DNA of 64,000 nucleotides from Octopus sinensis (lineage: Eukaryota). A model generated the notes under the pieces. It worked only from the letters and a program-made list of their open reading frames with translations. It made no database searches and was not told the origin of the DNA. Location: positions 122,202,001 to 122,266,000 of the forward strand of contig NC_042997.1 in the NCBI RefSeq assembly GCF_006345805.1, read 5' to 3'. Positions 53,625-64,000 of the stretch are shown piece after piece (within the stretch, counting starts at the first letter, position 1; every line of letters starts with the position of its first letter). The translations under genes were made by a program, and so were the position numbers.

Positions 53625-55954
53625 TAGAATTCAATGTATCAGGAGTTATTCGATATGATTGTTTCTATTAAAGTTCATCAGTAAAACGTTTAATAGAAAC
53701 AGTACTTTCGCAATATACAATACATCATGTTTAAGTTTTGTTCGCTGTTTCTTTTTAGACAATTACATTCCCGTTACAGCAAAGTTGTTCGAACCATAGC
53801 CATTCTATATTCGCCAGAAACTATGTACATCAAGGATCCCTTTATATATAGTGCCTATAGCCTTTTAAGAGGATGCGTAAAGCTTGGAAGGAGTTGTATT
53901 TTGTGATTCTAGCAGAACGATTGACTAGCTTGTGAGAAACCGGTGGGTTAAATGAAATGCTTTTACTTCTATCTGCAGGTAATATGGATTTCAAATTTGG
54001 CACAAGACCATCAAAGCCAGAGGAAAGCGATTACATCGGTCTCTGTTTATTGAACCCTTTGTAATTTGAACTCAGAATGAAAAGATGGGCCAAATAATTA
54101 CAAATTCAATTACTTAACCCCTCCCTATTTTCAAGCCACTGTGTGAATTCTTATACGTCTTTATCTTCGATCTCATGGCTATCATTGGCAATCATTGACG
54201 TTTAAAATTTAAAAACTACCGACTCTGTTTGTATTAAAATTTCAAATATACTTCGAATGATTTATGGAAATTTTCTGGTGTTGTAACTCTATGCATACGT
54301 TAAGTGAAGTATCCAAGGGGCAATTTATGGAGGAAACCATTTCTGGAATCATACACGTTATCTGGTTAAAGTTTAGTAAAATTTATGTGTACATTGCGAT
54401 GAGAAATCCGTTAATGAGAAAAGTAAAATAATAATATGAATAGGTTCTTTTATAAAATGGTCAGGTGCACTGCAACTCATGGCTTGCTCCATAATACTTG
54501 TAAAGTAATTCGATATATAAAAAGAGACTCTATTGCTGTTGTCTGAGAGCTATTTGGAATTGAAATGGTTAAAGGAGCTTGGGAAGTGTTTACAGCAAGA
54601 ATAACTTGCTTTAATGTAAATTCAATTAAAAATCTTTTGAATTCTACGATAAGACGTAAAATGAAAGAGATTAAATTTAAGAAGTCTCTGGCAATATATG
54701 TATTTACCTTTAAAATTAAACGCTGGTTTGTTTCATGGGATCATACCTTAGTTTAAATTTCTGTTTTGGAACATGAGAACGAGTTAAGTAATTGAATTTC
54801 AATAATAAATTCTAATTTACTTGCAAAACCATGGATTATAGAGAAAGAGGGTTTGACGGTTATTTGCATTCCAGCACTTCATAGCAATTTATTTAACAAC
54901 TCCAGATCAACGAATTGCAAAAGTGATTAGGCAAAATTTTAACTCATAAACAGTAAGAAAATTAATATACCTCATTCACCTAATATTGGTTAACTTACTT
55001 TCCTGTTAAAGGCAGGTAAACCAGTTTGAGAGAAAAGTTTCTGAAAGTGTGATATAGACAGTACGTAACTCTAATACATACACACACACACGCACATACA
55101 CTCAGAAACGCGCACACACATATTAAATTTAGGTCTTTAATAAAGGCAAAATTTATTCGTCTATATTTGAAGTAAAATCCTGAAAATTATTCATTCTAAT
55201 GTCAACGTCAACTAACGTAAAATTATGTCTCTAATTAGATTTATGAGGTTTTTCTTAAATTTCTAAGATACGAACGTGCATATCCATCTGGTTCCGAAGT
55301 TAACAGTTTCTGTGTAAAACAATGGGCAATGAAGGAAACAATTTATGGAATGACCAAAATATAGGTTCAAATACGGCTGCATGATTCAGACCAATGAATT
55401 ATTCCCATATCTACATAAAATTGGCCACTCTTCTTTTTAAATTTAATATAAATTTATCTCCGTTTACATATCGACACGTGTATGCGTGTACACACATAGG
55501 AAGTTTGTCTTGCTGAAACTGATCGAAACGTGGAAGGAAGTGTTTTATATATATATTCTTTTATTCTTTTTTTATTTTATCCTATTACAAGCTGTGGTAT
55601 TATATGTTAAACATACTTCGCTGTAAATAACTTCGCTACCACAACTGTCATGTGTAGCAAACATTTCTGCAATGTATCTAATGCGCTCTGAAAAGTCAAT
55701 ATTACGATGGAGTATAGAAGCGTTATGTAAGAATCCTTTCTAGACACACTTTCGCTTTGGTACTTATACATATACACAATTGACTTTACCGCTGGAATCA
55801 GATAGCAATCCGATTGAGGTGTTTGTATATGGCGCTTGATTTTGATTCTTTCTACTGCTTTTGATATTTTTCCGCTTCCATAATCATAAACGAGCACACT
55901 TACTCAGTGATGTATATGTACAAGCAAACTGATGAGTTAACACGTTCATACGCA

Positions 55955-56018
<64 letters not shown>

Positions 56019-58734
56019 ATATGGATATGCTTATAAGCAGAAATCAGCATGCAAATTCGTACACATAGCTGATCGTTCATACATGAAATCCTCGACAATA
56101 TCTAGTTAACATGATTCAATTCTAAAACAAACTATGGAATATGCATATAAAATAACATTTATATATCTATCGATATTGTTCATTCTTTTTGCAATTTCTA
56201 ATTCTCCACTTCTTCCCCATCTTTCTCTCTGCTCATTCATATATACACGTGTCTGTATGAATGCCCGCATGTGTGTGTATGTGTGTGTGTGTATATGTGC
56301 ATGTATATGTGCATACACATTTTGATATTCATACTTATGTACTTTATATATATATATATGTGTGTGTGTGTGTAAATATATATGTACATACACATATTTT
56401 GATATACGCACTCATAAGTACTTATATATGTATGTCTCTCTCTATGAGTACGTGTTTGCATTGTGTAAGTAAATATTCGTTTATCAATATCCTTTAGATT
56501 GTTTCTAATCCTGCGAGCGCCTCGGATATTTAATAGTATTTGTGGAACTGTTAAGCTTTATCCACCTCAAGTCAGTATCTGCTGTGATTTACCTTCAATT
56601 CCGCGAAATGCTCTTTGTTGATCCTACTAAAATAATTCAATGATACATCTTAAGAAAGTTTTCTATCGGTGTATGGATATCTATGCAAAGTTACTCGTTC
56701 TTTCTACGGTCATGTACATTCAATTTTCCGTTTTCAGTTATTGCCCGAGAGAAAATATTGTTGTTTTTCTTCAGCACGAAAGAAGCCACCATCGAATGGG
56801 TTTATATTTACTAGCCAAAATCTGTGGTCAGCCAATCATTTTTTATACCAATCTATATTTAAAATTGTAGATTGTTATATGCTGTTAATTGAGCTGCTGC
56901 TCCCGGCAGATCAGTTACCTTCGTAGTCCTGCCTCTACTCGCTTTACTCAAAGAAGGAAAGTGTTATCTCGAAATATAATTTTGCACAAATGTTTATTAA
57001 ACTGTAACTTTTAAAGCTTAGATAAGTGTATAAAGTTACTCTTATTAATTATTATGTTATGAAAATGAATGAGAGTCGTTATACTGTAACTATTTTAGAT
57101 GTGAAAAGAAATTCTTTGCTCATATTCCACTTTTCTGTCGTGTCAATTATGCTATCCTTGCTACCCCAATGAACCCACACATTATTTAATTCAATGCTAG
57201 TTTGAAATAATAAAATGGGATTCCACTCAATGCTCGTTTGAAATTACATTTTGTATTTTGATAGATATTTATCTACAATATCAGAGACTCTACTTTCAAT
57301 GAAGTTTGATTTTGAGAAACCATAGACTTTTTACACATCGGCATCCAGAGATCACATTTGGGTAACTTATTAAACATAAGACCTCAGTATTTCTAAGAAA
57401 GGTCATCTGTAAATTCTCTTTCAGATGTTGGATTCATTATGAATTAACTTTTAGGAATAATTAAAATATTTTTCCTTTGGGGTGAAACAATATGTAATGT
57501 TAAATTCGTTGAAATGTTGCTGGGGCGAAACAATGCAAAATGATATAGAGAAGACTACAAAAGTGAGGACAGAAAAATAGCTGAAGTTTCAATATTTGCT
57601 CTTCAATATTTAGGGCTTAGGACCTCTTCATCGGGACACGTAATTCATTTTTGTATTACTTTTCGCAGTTTTGGTTTTCATAGTTTATTATTATTATCAT
57701 TTAATTCACATTCGTTCAAAATATTACTAATAAAATACCATCGGTTTCTAAAAAAAAAGATATCAATTATTCTGAATATATATATAATTATTCAAAGATG
57801 AAACTTTACAAGGCACATCATGAATTTCTTTCGTTAGAAATACAAGAAAATATCAGAAAACAAATCAGGATATTTAAATAATTATCAATAATTCAAAGGA
57901 TCTATAGAGGACAAACCACACGCAAATCATGCAATATTTAAGGATCAAATACTTTACTTCGAAAATAAACCCAGCATTCGATGTGGAACACGACGAAGAT
58001 TGACAAAGAAAAGTTAATAAAAATTATAATACTTCAGAAACTTATCTAAATTCAAAGGAGTGTCAAAACTAACAGTTTTTGTTAATGCAATAACAAAATA
58101 TAATTTCAGTTCATTTCGCACAAAAAGAATAACGAATTTTTGCATCTATGTTTTAATGTCTAATATGATCCATCTTGAATATCTCGGTTAACATGGGACT
58201 TAATTATGTCAAATTGTTTATAATATATACCGATGTAAAATATAACGGTCATTAGACTATATGCTTTGAAATATTTGCTTAACTATAATAAAATTATCTG
58301 GATAAAAAAAACCGTTAAAACTTTCTTAGATGAGAATATCCGGTTGAAGCATAATGGTCAGTATAAGCTATTTCGTGTTACCAAGCCTTATATCATTAAT
58401 GCTGCAATATTCGTCTCAAAAATGTCTCTGGTGTAGACGTTTAGTGCCTGGAAGCAGGGATATTGGTAGCATACGAGAAGTGGCTAGCATTGGTGGTGGA
58501 ACGAATGTATCACATGATTACAGTGTTCTGTAGTTCTATCACCGATACTGAATGATTCTCGTCTGCTACCGGTATATCTCTATTCCTGTGCACTAAAGGT
58601 GTACACGCAAGAGATCCTCAGGGACAAATATTGCACTATTATGGCGCTCTAGACATACATACACGTTAAGTAAGATTTAAAGAGAACTGTTTTTTAATAA
58701 TATTGCCTCTATCGCTAGTATCTGAGGTATGTGT

Positions 58735-58908
58735 TTAGCAAGTTAGTGGATAGCAGTAAGTCGACCACATCGATCCCAGTGATCAAAAAGTACTTGTTTA
58801 ATGGAACCCGAAAATATGAAAGGCAAGGTCGACCTCACATAATTAAAACTCAGAACATAAAGATGAACAAAATGCTTCCAAGGATTTTGTGCGGCGTGCT
58901 AACGTTTC
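58735..58908 (-). mobile_element. Old SINE family B-related copy
   Basis: AGTCGACCACATCGATCCCAGT...GAAAGGCAAGGTCGACCTC...GCGTGCTAACGTTTCT. Confidence 0.6.
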
Positions 58909-58919
58909 TTATATATATA

Positions 58920-59275
58920 CGAGCAAAACGCCCCACCCCCCGTCCAATGGACGGTGGTCAGTTGTCAAATACTTAAACCAAATTTTCTCAAAACGACTTG
59001 TCCGACCGTTCCATAGGTCTCCCCGTTGAGAAACACTGATTTAACCTAACTTTGAGACACCAGCAAAAGACGGATTTCGACTGATGTACTTGCGCGTACA
59101 AATGCACGTTCCCACGGCTTTGTCGATGGTTTTCTGACCTGGAATCGATTTTTGTATACACGCCCTGAACCCGTCGGTATCTACATATCAAATTTGAGCG
59201 CAATCGGATGGAGGATGCCCGATATCCTAGAAGACACAGAGAGAGAGAGAGGCAGAACGGATTTTGTATAATAGA
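58920..59275 (-). mobile_element. Non-autonomous Helitron-like element (second family)
   Basis: Minus strand starts A|TCTATTATACAAAATCCG and has an internal (TC)n. Perfect hairpin CCGTCC-AAT-GGACGG (58940-58954) lies about 16 nt from a CTCG|T end (CTAG with one change). Confidence 0.6.
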
Positions 59276-61563
59276 TACAGCAAGATCATTAGCTATTTGT
59301 AACTCCAGCTTCTGTTCTGGCACTGTTTTACTGTATAAACCTGGTAGGATGATGAGTGACTACCGTTTCTAGCGGAGGAGGGCTCATCATTGACGCGATC
59401 AAGAATGTCGAAATCAAATGATAGTCTCGGCGCTGGAGATCGCAGTGATCTATCATACCGCTAGCGATATAAACAAGAATGCTATTTGCACCAAAAGTCG
59501 TGGTATCTCCCGCAGTATAGTTTGTTGTAGTAGAACATCCAATTTTAAGTAAGGATATATATATATATAGTTTTGCCGATATTGACCAGTTGCCTTTTTT
59601 CTGGTGGTACGTCTTTACTGCAGATTCCTCTAAAAAGAACGCATCTGTTTCTTTGATATATTTGTTTTTGGTGCCGAGGTACATTTTTGGCGTAGGAGTT
59701 GTTGGTAATGTTCTTTCTTGTTATTTAAAGACAGTGCTGTTTGCAATGGTGTATGTAGGATAGTGTTTATGGGTGGGTTTTGTCTGAAAATCTGAATGTC
59801 TGGGTTTGTGATTAGAAAAACTTATATAAATAGAATGGTTTTGAAGAGGTTAAAAGATCAGTTTTTTTATCTGTTGTGTGAATGGATGAGGCAGAATGCT
59901 AATTGAGCTGGCTTTGAATTTAGTGAAAGCCATATTCATTGAAGCAAGAAGTTTTCTTTTTTCTTTTTTTTTACTTCTTCGTATACATATTTGAAATTTT
60001 ACGATTTGTGGAGGTAAAGTTCACTTTTCGCATTAAATGGCTTTAAGCAGACGCATTAGATTATGTGGGTAATGTTTGGGTGCTGGAAGTGGGTAGTGCA
60101 TAAAACTGTAGTAGAAGGGCAGTAACAGAAAAATGACCTCAAGAGCAGGAAATAGAAAGATGCATAAATTTAGGGTCATTGTACATAATACACTGTATTT
60201 ATACATGTTTAAACACACACATATTTACATGTTTGTGAGTGTGTTCGCATTCTATTTATCTGTGTATTCCTAGTTTCGTGTTAAAAAGAAGTGTACAATA
60301 GTGATTCGATACACGTAAAGCGATAACATATGTAGCATACAGAAAGAACTATGCGTTCGATATGTTCGAATGAAATCAATCAGTTAGGTGTCTGAATAAA
60401 AGCCGTCAAATCAATGAAGCCAGTAATCAGAATTCACCAACTCGTGTGCATAAGAACAATGTATACATAATTATTTTATGTATGTATTATTTCACATTGT
60501 GTATGTCGATATAAGTATATCGATGCAAGCACATAAATGCACGCTATTTTACACACACAAGTATACAACTGCTCTTAAATTGTAAGGTGCGCGCACACAT
60601 ACTGACACAGGAAGATGTGTCTGTACATATATGCTTGTGTGTGCGAACGCGTTTCACTGTATTTATGTGAGTGCGTATCTTTTGATATAACCCAAGTTAT
60701 GCCGAAAATATGCCACCAATCATACTAGACCTCTAAATATTTGTTTCTGTTTCACTCTTTTCCGCTTTCTTTCTCTCTGTGTGTGTACATGTCTGTGTTA
60801 GTATGTGTGTGAGTGTGTGTATGTTTGTGTGTACATGTATCTATCTGAATCTCTTTTCTCTCATTTTATCTGTGTTTCTCTTTTTATCTACTTCATACGG
60901 ATTCACTTACTCGATTTAGTTGCTTCCTGTTGGCTTCCTATCGCACGTTCTTTACTTTTATTTCAATACTTTCATATAAATAACATAACACCTGATGTGA
61001 AGTTGCTTTGAAACAACATTTCTCAGTTTCGCTCTTAGCAGTTAAATGAACAGTTTAACATTTCGTTATACAATTGCTGATACAGGAAATGAAATGCAAC
61101 CTCAAAAACAAAAAAAAAAAACAAAAAAAAAATCATTGATGAATACACACATACAAATACATACGCTCTTATATAGAAACGTGCATCTGCTGGGCTCTCT
61201 TTCTCCTTATACACACGCACACATATACACATATTCGGTAATTATAAATTATAAAATGAATAATGATAGACGTTTATATAAGGCTTATATTTCTTTTTGT
61301 TTTGTTTTGTTTATATTCACTGTTATTTGTATCTTATAAGAAATGCATTAGATAAAGTGGTAAACTTATGCCGTAAATGCCAAATGTCACTAAATCCATG
61401 CTTCTTTAAGTCTATCTCTCTAGCTTTGCGTGTGTGCGTAGGTGTGTGTGTGTATGTGAGTGTTAAATTGTTAGATTATTTAAATGTCAGTTTAAGAATA
61501 CCAACTAAACATTTATTGAGTAGTGCCTCAATACGGAGAATAAATATACTTTTAAATTTGTTT

Positions 61564-61687
61564 TGACTGTGGGTCGATTAAATAAGCAACAGTTAATGAC
61601 TGGGGTCGATGTAATCGACTTAATATCCCCTTGTCTGTCCTTGTTTGTCCCCTCTATGTTTAGCCGCTTGTGGGCAATAAAGAAATT
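61564..61687 (+). mobile_element. SINE family B tail fragment
   Basis: GGGTCGATTAAATAAG...CTGGGGTCGATGTAATCGACTTAATATCCC...GGGCAATAAAGAAAT. Confidence 0.8.
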
Positions 61688-62021
61688 TTTAAAATGTGTG
61701 TTCAAGTTTCGCCTAACGGCTTATTGCATCTGGTTGATAGTAGCGTTCATAAAACTTAGAGTTCCAGTCAGCACGAATATCAACAGTTTTATGTATCTTT
61801 ATACACGCACGCACATACACACACATGGTAGTCGCTGGATCCCTGAATACTTCTCCACCAAGAGATTTGATATTGTACACGAGCAGTTTGGATATATGTC
61901 ATTCACTATCATTTGATAGAAATATTGTTTGCATACGGGTACAAGTCTCACGTATGCATTATAATTCAGCTCTTTACCCATATGAAGAATATTTTACCAA
62001 GTATTGATTTATTCTTTCCTT

Positions 62022-62416
62022 TTTTTATTCTTTTACTTGTTTCAGTCATTTGACTGCGGCCATGCTGGAGCACCGCCTTTAGTCGAGCAAATTGACCCCA
62101 GGACTTATTCTTTGTAAGCCTAGTACTTATTCTATCGGTCTCTTTTACCGAACCGCTAAGTTACGGGGACGTAAACACACCAGCATCGGTTGCCAAGCGA
62201 TGTTGGGGGGAAAAACACAGACACACAAAAACACTCACACACATATATACATATATACGACGGTCTTCTTTCAGTTTCCGTCTACAAAATCCACTCACAA
62301 GGCTTTGGTCGGCCCGAGGCTATAATAGAAGACACTTGCCCAAGGTGCCACGCAGTGGGACTGAACCCAGAATCATGTGGTTGGTAAGCATGCTACTTAT
62401 CACACCGCCACTCCTG
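62022..62416 (-). mobile_element. SINE family A, full length, young
   Basis: Close reverse-complement match to 8874-9311 and 17321-17915. Confidence 0.9.
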
Positions 62417-63149
62417 TACCTACTGTCTACTCTTGACAAACTGAACTTTTCTGATTTAATTTATGATGATTTAAAATACGTTATTCCGCAATTTCGCTCC
62501 CTTTTTAATTTGGTAGGTCATTCAGCTGTTACAAGCTCAAATTCTCACTAGATTATCAATTTCCTGTATCTCTAGCGTACAGCAATACTGATGCACTTCT
62601 TTAAAAAAACTTCATTCAATCAATCCCAGTACGTTTGTGTTTCTGTTTATTATTGTTTTATTTCGTCGAATCTCTAAATTACAAAGACTTAATTGTATAC
62701 TTGTTGCTAAGTAGTGAGAAAACTACAAACACGTACACTCACACATACACGTGTGTGTCAGTATGTATGTGACTGTATGTTAGTGTGTATGTTTCTGTGT
62801 CTGTGTGTTGTGTGTATGTGCGTAAAAAGTGAAAGCACCCGGTTGCTTATGATGTATGAACAGAAATTTTTATGATTTTGTAGTATAAGATATTCACACC
62901 TGGCTGAATACAGTGGCGTAGCACGATTCAACCTCAGTTTTGGATTTTATAATTCTTAAGGATGATTTCATCAACCGCACCAACTGCCTCCTTATAACAC
63001 TCTCATAGTGATTTCAAAAAAATATTCGAACTCATCTGTTTGCTAATTGCATAGCATCTACCGAAGTTCAACTAATCAATGCAAATTAAAACATTGAAAT
63101 CGGATGTCCAGTGCAGTTCAAAGTTTCAGATGCATTACAGGTAAACACC

Positions 63150-64000
63150 CGATTGCATATAGTGACGTCCAATTTGCACTCTTCGACCATGAGAAATGCT
63201 TGACTTGGTGCCTCATTGTCTTGATCGGTATGCACTTTATTAAATTCAGTAATTGAAAAACTGAACTTTTACATCAACATATCACTTTAACTCTGTTGCC
63301 ATTCTAATATCTTTGTTTTCCTAAACTGGGATTTTGATATGCTGCCTTTATGTATATTTTCCTTACATGCCTGGATATTATCTCTGCTGATACGGACGTG
63401 CCACGTTCGATGACGCTTTTTTACATTGATGAATGCCTCCCAAGCCAAACCTTAGACATCCAAGTGAAGCCGAGGTTGAACTAATAAGGATGATATTGTT
63501 ATTTTTGTAAACTAAATATGGAATGCAATACTCTGATAGCAACATCAAAATAAAGGCAACATTCTGCCCCAAAGTACACAGTTCATGTAATTGGGTTTCA
63601 CCATGCAATGCATAAGAAGTCTCTGACAGATGTTCGATAGCAGGATAATGCTATATGGTTGTGTGGTAGAACATTTCTGGAGAGCGATGTGATTGACACA
63701 TGACAATTTTTTCTATGCTGAAGGTGATGATGCAATACGAAGCTTTTTTTGTATTTATAAATAAATCTTGGAGATGGCTGACTACTGTAAAGCATGGCCA
63801 AACACCGCGTACCATGGAAATACTGATAATGTGTTTGGTGTGACAATTGACTACACAAAACTTCATAAAAAACGATATGCAAATAGCCATATGGATGGCA
63901 GCAAGAAATGAAACGGAGGTTTAATATGCCATCCTGTGATGCGAATATTTTATGACCAATCGGAGACAAAACGGCCTAAATTATCATTCCAAGCGGTTTC
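63150..64000 (+). pseudogene. Possible decayed coding relic resembling FEN1/PIN-like, CXC-associated invertebrate repeat proteins
   Basis: Scattered motifs in different frames: DHEK, IISADTDV, FFCIY, LHKKR/MQIAIW, PYGW; many stops and frameshifts. Confidence 0.3.

Noticed and set aside
57560-57645. Possible hammerhead remnant (CCGATGA...GAAAC, minus strand)
   Set aside because: Stems cannot be closed.
59335-59400. Hammerhead-like ATGATGA...GAAACGGTA on the minus strand
   Set aside because: C3 is mutated, stems I and II do not pair and stem III is not palindromic; at best a decayed PLE remnant.

Overview
This is AT-rich, microsatellite-saturated animal DNA. The SINE families and repeat landscape suggest an octopus or other coleoid cephalopod; that assignment is an inference, not a database result. 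No host protein-coding exon could be supported, and nearly all ORFs in the track are microsatellite read-through or transposon debris. Recognisable content includes many copies of about four tRNA-derived SINE families (some nested, two with clear TSDs) and fragments of RTE, L1/Tx1 and R4/Dong-like LINEs. DNA elements include mariner, Tc1 and Tigger/pogo relics, a mariner-type MITE and two non-autonomous Helitrons. Several Penelope-like element (PLE) remnants are present, one carrying a GIY-YIG endonuclease C-terminus between perfect 89-bp inverted repeats. The most interesting signal is a set of type I hammerhead ribozyme (HHR) motifs linked to PLE fold-backs. Canonical ones lie at 50496-50578, 27962-28025 and 28084-28147. 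Two otherwise dissimilar motifs (25978-26017 plus, 47247-47288 minus) share the non-canonical core UUGAAAA, a compensatory U3:A8 replacement of the C3:G8 pair. The motifs have short palindromic stem III sequences that differ between families. A roughly 3.9-kb nested inverted duplication (23471-27390) encloses the GIY-YIG/U3:A8 element.
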